This document shows, piece by piece, positions 22,271 to 35,454 of a DNA stretch of 64,000 bases. Every line of letters begins with the position of its first letter. Within the stretch, counting starts at the first letter, position 1. This stretch comes from Camelus ferus (lineage: Eukaryota). The translations under genes and the position numbers were made by a program. A model generated the notes under the pieces. That model worked only from the letters and a program-made list of their open reading frames with translations. It ran no database searches and had not been told where the DNA came from. The DNA lies in NCBI RefSeq assembly GCF_009834535.1, contig NC_045697.1, positions 104,286,001-104,350,000 of the forward strand. The letters are read 5' to 3'.

Positions 22271-24039
22271 CTCTTATAACCTACTTATTGCCAACTTCCA
22301 TTACTGTGGTTTATTTCTGCATTTGTTCCTCTCTTTATCAGATTCTCTCTCCATTATTCTTAGACTCACATGTGAAAATGTGCCCATTTTGCAGACATAT
22401 CTATGGTATATATTCTATTAATAAACTATAAATATAAATTAGTATTTACTAATAAGTGCCTCAGAACATATGTTTGATGATATATTTCACAAAAAGATAA
22501 AGGATGGGGGCAGAGAATAGGGAAATTTTGTGATCGAATGTATTTGGAAAACATTGGATGGTCTACTCTGCTAGAACTTTGCAATACACATAAAACAACT
22601 GCAGGCTTTGAAAAGAAAAATAAATATAACAGAGAAATTGGACTGACATTCAAAAACTTTCCAATCTTAGTGACCACTGAATTGATTTTTCAAGCAATTT
22701 CTTTATTTACTGTCCACCTCTCAGAATTAGGGTTCTGGAGGCCATATGTGGGAAACACTACATTCATTCAAAATATTTTCATAATTTTAATACTAATATT
22801 TTTATTTTAATAATTATTGGCTTACATTTTCTTATTTGCACATGACAGATATGTTCTTAAAAATTTTAGAGAAACTCCCAGGGAATTCAAATCAACATAT
22901 ATGTCAACACATGCCAAAGAAAGGCATGTAGTAATGAAATTTGGGATTACTTCTAGCTAGTTACAAATTCCCTATTTTCTTCAGCTGTAAGATTCAACCT
23001 CTGATCCTGGCAGGGAGGGTTACCTGGTGCATTTCTGGATGGAGCCAACTCTTTCCAGACTAAATGCCTGAGACATGATACCTTGGTTATTCTTTGCAGC
23101 TACTCTGTGTAAGGACAACTGCTGTGATTCTGTGAGGCAAACAATTCTTGCTAATTTACAACATATTTGGATGGTCGTGTTTTCTTAAGGTCCGACTTTA
23201 CCTTTAATGGCAAACTTGCTTTCCCTTTGGGGATAGGTTATTCCCTCAGCAGAGGCATCTGATGTACCTCTAAGGCATCAGAGGTTGTAATCACCACCCC
23301 CAGGATCCCTTTCCAAATTACTTACTCTGTGCCCTGAGCCCAACCATAGCTATGGGAGGGGGGTGTTTTTCTTTCCTTCTGCTCTCTTCACATTCTCTCA
23401 ACTTCTGAGCCAGAATAATTTAAGCACTAGGGTCTTGTCGGGTTTTGCAACCACGAACAGCCTTGCAAAGTCTAGGCGTTTTGCCAGAAATCTAAACTTT
23501 GCTGAACTATGTGGAAAGGTTAAACATTTCACAGAGTTTGGGTTGCCCCACCCCCACTGCACTCCCAGACTCTGCCTCGTTCTTAAATGTCTATTTTATC
23601 AAGAAATGGAATAACTAATAATGTGCTGGATAGAACATTTTCAGCAATCACACTGTAACCATAGTAGTGCTAAAAACCCCAAACAAATGTTCATCACACG
23701 TCTCTCCTTAATCCAAAAGAGCTGAGGACAAAGAGTCAATTTAGTCTGTTTCAAGATGAAATGCTAAAAGCTTTCCATACAATATATCTTTTTAAAATGA
23801 AGCTCTTATTAATTGCTTGTAATAATGTCCATGTTGAAAAAGCTTTCCTGAAGTTTTCATCAACGAATAAAAATAAATCACAACCTCCCCAGTCTGGAGG
23901 AAAATAGAAGATACTGTCCCCTGGCCCCCTCGTTTTGAAAGCCTCCCTGTGGTGATTTCCTGGAACACCGGATGCCTGTTTACTCTTGAGAAGGATGCTT
24001 CTGAGGTTCTCAAGCCCACACAATACGGATATTGAAGGG

Positions 24040-25840
24040 GAAGGAAGCAGAAAACCTAGGAATCATCCTTGATTCACCCAGTTCCCCCACACTCCATCTG
24101 AGACGAAGTATTGTCAGCATCTCTGCTAAAATGTTTCCCGAATTCATTTATTCCCTCCACTCCCTCACCACCACCCCAGTCCCAGCCTCCACTCTGTCGC
24201 CTGGACTCCCACAATGGCCTTGAAACCGGCCTCCCTTCTTTTTCCTGCCTCCATTCTCCCCGGAACTGCCAGGCCATCTGGTCTCCAGAGCCTTAAAATA
24301 AAAATATCATCTTCCTATCCTGCTTCATAAGGCCCTTTTTAAACCTTTCTTCATCTTAAACCACCTCCTCCTTTCCCACTACACTTCAGCCACTCAGGGA
24401 CCTTCTTTCTTTCCTAAAAACACCCCAAGTTTATACTTGCCTTAGGGCTGGGGCAGAGCATGCCCTGTCCTCACCTCTGCATGGCTGGCTCCTCCAAGTC
24501 ATTAGTTCTCTGTTTAAGTGTGGTCTGTCTGGAACAGCCCTCCCCAAAATCACAGTCTAAAAACCCTCCTCCTCAAACCCTCACTTATACTCAATCAGAT
24601 TCCCTTTTTTTAAATCAATGAGTATAGTTGATTTACAATGTTGTATTAATTTCTGGTGTACAGAATAGTGATTCAGTTATATATATATTCCTTTTCATAT
24701 TCTTTTTCATTATAAGCCATTACAAAGTATTGATTACTATTACAAAGTACTGATTACAATTTCCCTGTGCTATACGGTAGGACCTTACTGTTTATTTTAT
24801 ATATAGTAGTTAATAACTGCAAATCGCAAACTCCAAATTTATCCATCCCTACTCCCTCTCTCCACCAGTAACCATAAATTTGTTTTCTACATCTGTGAAT
24901 CTGTCTCTGTTTAGTAAATAAGTTTATTTGTGTCTTTTTTTTTTTAAGATTCCACATATAAGCAATATCATCTGATATTTTTCTTTCTCTTTCTGGCTTA
25001 CTTCACTTAGTATGACTGACAAGGGCTTAATTTCTATAATATACAAACAGCTCATATAACAACAACAACAACAAAAAAAAACCCAATTCAAAAATGGGCA
25101 AAAGACAAACATTTTTCCAATGAAGACATACAAATGGCCAATACACACATGAAAAAATGCTCAACATCACTAATTATCAAAGAAATGCAAATCAAAACTA
25201 CAATGAGGTATCACCTCATACCAGTCAGAATGGCCATCATTAAAAAGCCCACAAACAATAAATGCTGGAGAAAGTGTGGAGAAAAGGGAACCCTCCTACA
25301 CTGTTGGTGGAAATGTACTTTGGTACAGCCACTATGGAGAACAGTATGGAGATTCCTTTAAAAACTAAAAATTGAGTTACTGTATGATCCAGCAGTTCCA
25401 CTCCTGGGCATTTATCTGGAGAGAACTCTAATGTGAAAAGATACATGCAACCCAATGTTCATAGCAGTACTATCTACAACAGCCAAGACATGGAAGCAAT
25501 CTAAATGTTCACCAACAGATGACTGGATAAAGTCGTAGTATGTGTGTAAATATATGTGTGTGTGTGTATATACACATACAATAGATACTAATCAGCTGTA
25601 AAAGAGAACAAAATAATGCCATTTGCAGCAACATGAATGGACCTGCAGACTCCCTTTTTAATACTCTATGTGCCACTTTCCCTATCTGACACTTTCTGCA
25701 GCTCCCCATTCATCACCTGTCTGTCTTCTGATTCCTTCCACTGGTCATGAGGAGGAATTCACTCTGCTGTATCTTCAGCACCAATAATAGTGCTTGGGTC
25801 ACAGGAAGGATAAAGTAAATACATACTGAATGAGGACATG
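24040..25840 (+). mobile_element. L2 3' region interrupted by an inverted L1
   Basis: AAAACCTAGGAATCATCCTTGATTC, ATGGCTGGCTCCT, and after the insert CTGCTGTATCTTCAGCACC..TAGTGCTTGG..TAAATACATACTGAATGA. Confidence 0.7.
24610..25645 (-). mobile_element. 5'-inverted, truncated L1 insertion (twin-priming structure)
   Basis: Antisense 3' end at about 24610-25016 joined to a sense ORF2 segment at 25017-25645 ([31 protein letters not shown]). TSD CAGATTCCCTTTTT / CAGACTCCCTTTTT. Confidence 0.9.
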
Positions 25841-26770
25841 AGTGGGACAAGAACTGAAAAGTGAGTGCTTATCTCAACTCCTGTAGTCCAGCCCCAGGGA
25901 GATGTAACAAGACCAGTCAGTTGGTACTTTGGGGTAAGAGTGTTTCAGAGGTTGGATATCCTGATGGATGTCTTTGAGTGGGCCATGAGCCTTTACAAAC
26001 TAAACTAGAGAAAATACAGTTACTGACATAAACAGAGAGAGAGCTATATTTGTCCTCACTTTCGGGGAAATGAACTTTTCCAGGCAGCTATTTGTGTCCT
26101 TGACATGTTCAGTATAGTTTATGCTACTGCTTTGCAAAGCAATCTCCTGAGAAGAAATGTCCTTAAACAGAGAATAAGTAATCTTTAATTAACGTATTAA
26201 GGGAAGTTAGTGGGGGTTTTCTGCTGGATAGTGACAACTTTATAAGAAATTTACAAATACCCTTAAGTAAAGCAGCAGTGTCCTCACTTCTCAACAAATG
26301 ACCAGCTTAGATGACTCACATACATAGGTTGAAAATTACATCTGCCATCAAAGATCAGAGCCAAAGCTGGTCAGTGGAAAAGTGCTTAACCAAACTTTGG
26401 CTTCTAAATCGGGTTTCATGTGGAGCCAGGATTAACAAGGGAAAGCATGACCAGCATGGAATGTGAGGTTTGAGCGCTGCGGAGAAGATGTCCCCGGGGC
26501 TGTGACCTGCTTTGGGTCAGCAGCCCTGGGAGCTGGGTTTGTTTCAATCTTACGTAATTTTGCTCTTGGGATCAGTCGATGGGGTAGGAAGAAAATGGGA
26601 AAGGAGCCTGGGTGAGTAAACATATCAAAACATGTTTGCGAAGATAAGAGGAGAGGTAAAGATCATGGTACGGTCCTCTGGAAGAATATAGATAATGGCA
26701 AATTTATTGATAAGGGGAAAAGCAGGGACGTCAACTGGCCCCAATTTCATAATTAACAGAGTTTAAAGGA

Positions 26771-26962
26771 TTAACAGATACACACTACTGTACACAAAAT
26801 AGATAAACAACAAAGACCTACTTTATAGCACAGGGAACTATATTCAGTATTTTGTCATTAGGTAGAATGGAAAAGAACCTTACAAAGAATATATATGTAT
26901 AACTGAACTGCTTTGCTATACACTTAAAACTAACACAACATTGTAAATCAACTAGACTTCAA

Positions 26963-27014
<52 letters not shown>

Positions 27015-27017
27015 AAA
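26771..27017 (+). mobile_element. Short L1 3' UTR insertion with (TAAA)13 tail
   Basis: AAAATAGATAAACAACAAAGACCTAC..AGCACAGGGAACTATATTCA..TTGTAAATCAACT. TSD AACAGAGTTTAAAGGA / AATAGAGTTTACAGGA. (TAAA)13 at 26964-27015. Confidence 0.9.
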
Positions 27018-27304
27018 AATAGAGTTTACAGGAGGCACCGTTCTCCTGAGATGCCTCCGCCTAGGCAGAGTAAAACTTGGGTGTGATAGTATTAGTGCCC
27101 AGCAGAGAGCGTCTCATAAAAATACTGTATTACCATTGACCATACAATAGAAATGAGTAAAAATACAGGGTGGTAATCATGATAAACATCTAGATATTCC
27201 CAAAATCTCACCAACAAAGTACATGACAAGTAAAAGAATTGCAACTCCTTTTGAAGAACAACATGTAAAGTGATAGACTTGGATCAAGGAGGCCATTACT
27301 CCCT

Positions 27305-27450
27305 TTCATTTCTTTATTTAACAAGTAGTTTATTGGGCGATACTTTGTCCCAAGTACTGCATTGGCACTGTGGACGTAAAGATAAGTAAGTTACATCTCG
27401 TGAGAATAGATTTCAGGAAAATGTAGACTAGAGGAACCCATATAAAGTAG
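27305..27450 (-). mobile_element. L2 3' end fragment
   Basis: TTCATTTCTTTATTTAACAAGTAGTTTATTGGGCGATACTTTGTCCCAAGTACTGCATTGG is an antisense L2 terminus. Confidence 0.5.
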
Positions 27451-27977
27451 ACAGTGATCACAGCAGTAGTGTCAGGGCAAGGGAAGGACTGGTTGATGAA
27501 ACAGGAAAAATAGGAGAAAGAAGCATGTTAGGGCCTTAAGTTCCTTCTGGGAAGATTGATTAAATACTTCTTTTTCTTTCCAGTTACCCCTCCATTATAG
27601 TTCAGTGACTGCTGCTAAAGTGGAACTCATTTTATCCCTTTTCTGAACAGGTGTTCTAATCCCTAATGACAAGGAGAGAGACTTCTAGCCAGGTCTTTAA
27701 AATAGTATCTAAAAAAAAAATACAGACCAATAAAAAAAATAGTATCTAAACAATATCTTCTCCCAGTTCTCCAGCCCCATTGTCTGTACAACATCCCTGC
27801 CCCCAAAGCGAGATGGTCTCCCCCCAAAATAATTATTATTGCATTAAGTAAGAAGCTCCTGCCCACCAACTCTGATGCATTTTAGCTGCATCTGAATCAT
27901 GCAGTTTCCCGAACTTTTTTTTTTTTAGCGTTTAAAATTTCTTTGCTGGCATTATATAATCTTTCTTTGACAGGGAT

Positions 27978-29165
27978 CCATTCATTCATTCAACAAACGT
28001 TTAATGGTGCCTCAGCCACTGTGGGTGAGCTACTGAACCAGGCAACAGGAAGAGACAGACAAGCAAGCACAACTGATCGCGCTCGGAAGTGTTGACGTCC
28101 TGGTGAGCGCAAGTAAACAGCGAATTCCAAGAGTATGCTGAGGACTAAGACCAAGATAAGTACTAGGAGCCATGAGGGCACATTACCAGACAGTCTTGGG
28201 TGTCAGGATAATTTTACAGGGGAAACAACATCAAACTGAAACGTAAAGGATGACAAAAATTTATCCCAGTAGAGACCAGGGGGAAGAATGTTCTAATCAG
28301 AACTAGACATATTTTCAAAATTCCAGAGATGAGAGACACGTTCCAGAAATTACAAGTATGTAACCATGTATATTGGTGGGTGTGGGTGGGTGTTGTGGGG
28401 AGAGTGGGAATGGAGGTAGGATGGGGGTAGAGGATGTGGATGGTGCTCGGGTTTTCAAGGAAGTAAGCAACAGAGTTGTAAAGGGTCTCATCAGCCATTT
28501 TAAATGTTTTGAATTTTATCCTGAGGACAATGGGAGTCTTTGGGAGTTTTTAAGCAGGGGAGCCATGAAAATAGATTTCCGTGTCAGAACATTAACACTG
28601 ACTACAGAGTAAAACACAGATTTCAGGCAAACATGGATTACAGTGGCCCATATACAAGTTGAAGGTGGTCAGAGCAATGGTGTCATAGTTCAAGGAAGGA
28701 AGGGAAGGGAGAAAACTGAGCATGTTAACAAGTCCATATAGAAGACTGAAGATACAAAGGGAAGGGACAATCAATAAAGTGCTCCCTGAGGACATAAGAT
28801 GGGATATGATCCAGAGTGCAGACTGAGGAAGCAGCCTTGGAGGAGACACGTCTTCCACGGGAACAGGAGGAAAGACGAAATGATAGATGTGGCTGAAGGT
28901 CAAAATTTAAATTTGGTGGCAGGAATTCGGGAAATTCTCTTGCTTCTGTTTTCTCTGAGATCTTCTGGCAAGATTTGCTACTAAGAGTGACAGGAGAGGA
29001 ATTAGGTAAAGAGTTTGAGAAAGGTAAGGAATCTCAAACAGCCACACTGGAAAATGACACAGAGATGCATAGTACACAGAGAAGAATCTCTGGGTGATGT
29101 TGAATGTTTAGTTGAGATTCCAGCCACACATTTCTAGTGGCATGAATCTGGCTAATCATATGAAT
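27978..29165 (-). mobile_element. L2 LINE fragment
   Basis: CATTCATTCATTCAACAAACGTTTAATGGTGCC terminus, then GAATTTTATCCTGAGGACAATGGGAGTC..TTTTAAGCAGGGGAG and further purine-rich antisense L2 text. Confidence 0.7.
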
Positions 29166-29194
29166 GCTCTAGAGAGCAGACATTTGGAATGTCT

Positions 29195-29317
29195 TGCCTT
29201 TAAGGTTAAGAGTGTCACTATTCCAAGCCTCTTCTGTTGGAAAGAGCCAGGAAATACATGTAGGTAGATATATATACAAATCACTTCCATATCCATTCAA
29301 TTATACTTTTAAACCTA

Positions 29318-29355
<38 letters not shown>

Positions 29356-29525
29356 GCAGACCCTGAGTTCACACAGATACTTGCAGCAAGTCCAGTCCAA
29401 CATATGAACGAATGAATAAACAAGGTTTATTCTAGTTTCCTCCCTTTTTGTATTTCTAACTCCCTTCTTCAAAAGTGAGAAAACTGTCTCCAATTGTTTA
29501 TGTATATATACTTAATTGGTCAGTC
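29195..29525 (-). mobile_element. Ancient L1 (L1MC/L1MD-like) 3' UTR fragment with (TCTG)n(TCTA)n microsatellite
   Basis: GAGTTCACACAGATAC..AGTCCAAC..GTTTATTCTAGTTTCCTCCCT..AACTCCCTTCTTCAAAAGTGAGAAAACTG. Microsatellite at about 29318-29354. Confidence 0.5.
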
Positions 29526-29569
29526 CCACTGACAGTCTTCCCTGTGTGGCTGTCTCTTCTCTCAGGCCA

Positions 29570-30100
29570 CAGCTCTGATTCCATATTCCAAGCTGCATTT
29601 TCACGTGGACAGCCTCTCACCTTTCCTGGCTTCTGACACCTCATATCTCCCCTTTGCAAGGAAACCCTCCTCATCTTACTTGAGCTCTGATACCCCTCAC
29701 TATGTCCCCCTTCTCCCCTCTACTTGGTCCCTAAAACCCCACCCGAGGTCACTCCCAGCAAGAACATTCTCCTCTCCCTGCTTGTACTCCGCCACCCCTG
29801 CCAGGCGAGCACTCCTTGGAGATGCTCTTCTTTTCCCACTTGGGTTCCAACCCCCCACTCTGGGACCCCCCTCCTCTTCACGGACTCACCCCTTACCGTG
29901 ATCAAGTTCTGACACCCTTTGCCAGCTTCTCATTCCCTCTCTATAGATGCCCTCCTTACTCTGATTGGTTTCTGACTCCCCACCCAAGGCTCCCCTCCCC
30001 TTTGCAGGAATATCCTTCTTGCCCTGCCAGAGCTCTGACGCCAGTGCCCTGGTGTGGACCACCTTCACCCTGCTTGCACTCTCGACCCCTGCTGCCCCTC
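29570..30100. repeat. Degenerate C/T-rich tandem array, about 10 units of roughly 45-63 bp
   Basis: A (G/T)CTCTGACACCC-like anchor recurs near 29572, 29630, 29684, 29727, 29785, 29844, 29906, 29969, 30032 and 30078, usually preceded by GGA(C/T)..CCTCCTCAC..TGCTTG-like text. Confidence 0.6.
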
Positions 30101-33100
30101 ACTGCACATGCCTAGGATGCCTGCTTTGTTCAAACTGATGGACTTAGGACTGAATTTTCCAGGGAAGGGAGAGAAGGGCTCTGTAGTGCTTTTAACATAG
30201 ACAATGAAGGGCTTCAAGTTGTCTAAACACGTGTGAGTTATCATTTTTTAATCTTAATCATTATAATTGTCTAGTTATTATCATTGCTAGGATACTAATG
30301 ATAATTAATTATCATTGTTATGTTACTAATTTATCTGAGATGAACAAACTTTAGGGAGTTTATTGGTATCTCATAAAACACAAAACAAGCCTTTACAATT
30401 TCAAAAATAGTCTTTCAACTTTGAGGGAAGATTCATTTTATCTGATTAGCCATCTCCCTTGAGCAGATGGAGCCGTCCCCCACAGCGTCTTTGTCATTTT
30501 GAAAAAAACTACAGTTTGAAGAGGTTTTGAGGATTGCAGGTCTATAGCAATTGCTTCATAATTAATAACAAATCATGCAAAATTCTAACAATTCTTCATC
30601 ATCATTATGGTTTTAAGGCAAGTCTGGCTTCAGTCGTGATGATAGAACCAGCTCTTTGGACTACAGTTACTGCCTGACAAATTTCATTTTTTCACTTCTC
30701 TTAATTTTTAATGCCCATTATTAGGTGCTGATGTAGAATAAGAATACAGATGGCATTTTGATCATTTTTAATGAGATCAGAAAATCAATTTACATAATGT
30801 TAACTTTAAATAAGAACTCATTCTTTTCATTGTGTTCATTGTCAGACTTTGTTTAGAAATTTGATGTGTGTGTGTGTGTATCGTCATTTGGTTTTCAAAT
30901 TTTCTCTATATAGTTTTGTTTTAGTAGATTTCACGTTAAACCCCTTATTAATGTTTCACATTTGTGGAAACTTATTCTTGTCATTTAAAAACATTCGCTA
31001 TTTAGCAACCAACTTCTATATTTTACTTTTTTCATTTCAATAGCATGAATGTGTTTAAATAATAACCAGTTAAAAAGTGAAACTGTTGATCTGATTATTT
31101 AATTTTGTGTAGCTGAAAAAAAAATGAGTCAGCTATTACTGAATTTAATTTTTTCCATTGAAGGTGGCTTTTTTTCCTTCTGGAAAATATATGTGTAGTC
31201 ATTTATCAAAACTAGCACATTTCACCTTATTCCTGCACGAAGTTCAATTTAAAATAAGCTATTTTGGAATTCAACAGTGGCCAAACTAGAATGTCATTTT
31301 CCTTCTGGAAGGGACAGGGTAATTTCTCTTCCCAGATGTAAACAAAGAAATTCATTATTTTTCTCTAATATTAACCTATGTACATTTTACAGGCTTTTCT
31401 TTCTTCTGAGAATGCTAAAACTGCAGTAATTTTAGCAGTACATTTTACTTATGTTTATTTTTCAGAAGTCCATTATTTTTAAAAAATGACAATTCACCAG
31501 ATTTTGCAATGTAATGTACAATACAGATTTCAATAAAGGCTACAATGCTTGTAGGTGTTATATAATTTGTTAATGTTACTAACAACGAGTTCACTTTTAA
31601 ACAGTGCAATGTGATTGTGTAAAAGATGCCAGCAATGCATGCTGCTCAATTGCCAATGTTGTTAGAGATTCTCATGATCCTTTTTCCTTTCTTACCTATG
31701 TTTTTCTTCTTGTCTTGAAACAAAATACTTTTTTTTCCTATTAATATATGGGATTCAGGAATTTTTTTTTTCTTTTCTGCTTGCATTACAAAATGACAGT
31801 GAATGTGTGCCCCTCCCTGAGTGTGCTTTATGATTTAATAATGCCACAGTTCTTTTGTCAGTATTCTTCCTTCTGCAAGCATATTTTGAGGCCACAATCT
31901 CATGTCATGTGGGGATCAGGAATAAACAGCAGATCTTATAAGCAGTCTTATTTTTTAGCACATCAGGAGAAATGCAAAATTTTTGCCATACAGTTTTTCA
32001 TCCCACTGAAGCTTTTCCTTTGGATAACTCCTAAAAATGTGTATTTTTCAGTTAGAGTGCTTTAATACTTCTACTGATCTAATCCTTGAACATGTATTTG
32101 TTTTCAGCAAATTACCCTCAAATTCTGCCATTCATTTACAATGCAGAATGTCCATTTTTGCATTCTAAAGTATCATGGAATTAAATTATGCACACAGTTT
32201 TTCTTATAAGAGGCTTATGTAGCCTGTGCTAGTCTATGAAAAGGAATAATTTAAAGTACATGTTATTTTTAAATTGGGAAAGTATTTTGTAATATTAGTA
32301 TAAAGCAGATGAACCATAGTATTGTTACCAAAATAGTATCTATTATATAGCCTCCTACTTCTGAAACTTTATTCTTTAAACTCAGATGAATAAATTTCCC
32401 CTGGGGAAAAAATGTCTCTCCTCTACAATCAAATTCTTGATTAAATCAGTGCTTGGTGTTTGGTGTGATGAATTAGATTTTTCCTCTCCATATTACTTTA
32501 AGTTGCTTAAAGTTTTCAGAGGAAGTATCTATTGAGAAGCTGGAGCTAATTTTTTTAATTTGCATAAGACATATGTCCAGTTGGTTGAACTGCTGGCTGA
32601 AGTCCATCTTTTAGAGACAGAGTAAGGCTCTGCACAAATGTGCAAAGGTTAGGGTTATGCTAATGAGAGCCGTTTTGTCAGTTCCTTGACACTTACTGGA
32701 CATGGTAGTCTGACTGCCATATAGGCAGTAAGCCCCACTGTATGGTGTGGCTTTTAAATCCATAGGTATGCAAGAAACTTTCTCTGATCACTGTACCTTC
32801 CAGCTGCATTCAGCTTGGAGATATGTTAAACCAAAGACGTGTGACTCTGAGGCAGCCCCGGAAGGGACAAAGGGCAAGGGACTGCTGGGCTCCTCTTACT
32901 TTGTCCTGCTTACAGGACAAAGAAATAGTGCATGTAAGAAAGTAGCCAACCAGTTAAGATTGGTCATAGGGTTGAGATGAAAGGAGGGAACAGGAGAGAG
33001 GAAAACAGTCAGGAAGGGATTAAATTTCAACAGTGAACCCAGATGCTATATCAGAGGAGGAAATGGCATTTACCAGTTGTTAAAAAGCTACATATATGAG

Positions 33101-34099
33101 GATAAGATGAAGGTGGATGGGAAATTGGGTCAAGGAGGATCTTTTTATTTACACTAAGCAGAGCCACCATTGCACCACTAAATGAGAAAATTGACTTCAT
33201 CAGTCTTTGGTATTATTTTACAATCTAAATTAAAATAAACAACAACAACAAATTAGTAAACTAATAGTTCTGGCCAAACCTTCATATTAATTTTATAATC
33301 TCCAGGAGTATTTAGTCCTGGACTCACAGCTAGAGGATCCCCAAATTCACAGCCTTATCAGCTGTTCTCAGGACTTTCCTAATAAACTATGCCTATTTAA
33401 AATGAATTAACCTTTTTCTTAGACCCAGCTTGTGAATTTCATATGTTATATGTATGTGTGTAAATCCGTATATACGTATATGTAAATGTATGTGTGTGGG
33501 TTAAGAATATCTCTTGTGCAATTACATTCTAATGCTATTTACATATACGAGTACAGCTAATAATCAAAAACAAGACCTAAGTAGTAAATGCCGCCATAGA
33601 CTCCCCCAGTGGGACCAAACAGTAGCATAAAGAGCAAGCTGGACATTCTGATAATAGCAAAAATTGTAAGATCCAGGGAAGGTTGCTGGTTTAGACTAAG
33701 AGGAACACATATAGAGGTTAGCAGGAAGCACCAAGTCAGGAGATACATTTATAGAATGTGCAGGGAGGAAGGAAGGCTTTCTTATTTAGCAAATATTTTC
33801 TGTTTCTAGAATGTTTCTGCCAGCCTTTTGCAAAGGATGTTTCAAGAAATAATGGTCCCAACAGTGCTCTGGTTTAAAAAAAAAAAGTTTCATGTTGAAA
33901 TGAGTGTGAGAATGTGGCATATTAAACTCTGGTCTTGGAGACTGACAATGTATGTGAACAAAATGAAGGTTATATAATGTTATATACAGTTTTTGAAAAC
34001 CTATTTTAAATAGTTTCATTTATTTGATCTAATAATTTCCTGTATTAAACCCTAATAATTTCCTGTAACAACACTACTGTCTTGCAATATACAATTTTT

Positions 34100-35400
34100 T
34101 AAATTGGACATATTTTTCCATTCATCTGCTTATCTATTCTGGTAAGTTATTGTTAGCCATTATTTTTCTTCTTCAAAATAGTTTAGCTCTTCCTCATCTG
34201 TTAAGTTTTCAGAATTAATAGTAGAATTTTTTCAAATTAAAACAGCACTGAGTGTTTTATTAGAATTCATTAACACCCAAAATTACTAAGGAAGAACTGA
34301 TACGTTATTTGAATAAATCTATTCTTTAAGAACAGATCTCATCTTCATTTGTTTGAGTCACTATTTACAGAAGGGAAAACTACTCAGGAGATGTTTAAAA
34401 TTCTCTTTAGATGAAATTTATCTTATTTTATTGCTGTTGTTAATATCGTTAGTGAGATCTTTAGTCTCAGCTAATAGAATATTTAGGTATTTAGAAAAAA
34501 TTCTATTTTTTTCCTACATTTTTTCTATACCAGCCAGTTATTTGAACTACTGGAATTCTTTTTTAGATGATTTCCTTTGGTTTTCTAGGTTAATTTATAC
34601 TATCTGAAAATAACAAGAATTTTGTGTTTTTATTATCATGTTTATTGATAGACCTCCTATTTCTGCTTTGTATCTTGAGTTGGTTTAAAATGTAAATGTT
34701 AGTGGTAATGATATCCTTATTCCATTTTGATGTTAAAAGCAGTGAGTATGGCAATTGCTCTGAGGTGGGGACTAATTATCTCATTAAGGAATTTTTCTTC
34801 AAGTCCAAGATCACAGACAGTTTTATACAGAGGTTCGTTTTATCCCAGGCTTTCAAAATCTTTCTCAATAATCATATGGTTTATCATTATTAAGCTTTTG
34901 AAATAACTATATTAATTACATTAATAGATATCCTAATAAATAAACCACCCTTACATTCCTGGCTAATATGAGTTGATTATGTTGATTTTTCCCCAAATAT
35001 ACAAAGGAATATGATTTACTATTATTTAATTTAAGATTTTTCATATATACATTTCTGACAATTGTCTGAGATTTTCGTTGGCTGAGAAGGGAGGGGTAGA
35101 GGAAGAAAATCTTTTCCAGGTATTCATAGCAAGGATATTGTCTATCATTTTATATGCTCCAAAATGACTTATTGTTTTAATATACATAGTATAAGACATA
35201 CGAGTTCTTTAAAGATGCCTATAAATTAATCACAAAAATATATAACCGAGGAACCCATAAGAAATTTTTTGATAAGTGAAAATTTTCTTTTCATAATTAT
35301 TGATCTGTTAAGACTTCTTTTAAAAGCTGATGCTTAAAATTTCTTTTTATAAATGTCAAATTTTAGTAAAATTTAGCTCCCCATTAAAGCAGATTTGCCA
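34100..35400 (-). mobile_element. Highly decayed ancient L1 ORF2 region (L1M)
   Basis: T-rich antisense ORF2-like text: TTTTTTAGATGATTTCCTTTGGTTTTCTAGGT..ATACTATCTGAAAATAA, TAAACCACCCTTACATTCCTGG, ATTTAAGATTTTTCATATATACATT. Confidence 0.55.
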
Positions 35401-35454
35401 ATTTTCTTGCATTTATCAAAAAGAAGTAAACAAAGCAGGTATTGTTGAAGAAGA

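Noticed and set aside
23250..23285. Overlapping short hairpins (AGAGG..CCTCT, TCTGATG..CATCAGA)
   Set aside because: Stems of 5-7 bp are expected by chance in 64 kb.
25134..25361. Protein-like short ORFs (also 12326-12508, 12918-13328, 44586-44852, 56803-57081)
   Set aside because: All are sense or antisense translations of L1 ORF2 remnants.
29570..30115. CRISPR-like array or Pro/Ser-rich CDS
   Set aside because: Units are degenerate along their whole length with no repeat-spacer structure, the context is mammalian with no cas genes, and the ORFs reflect C/T skew.
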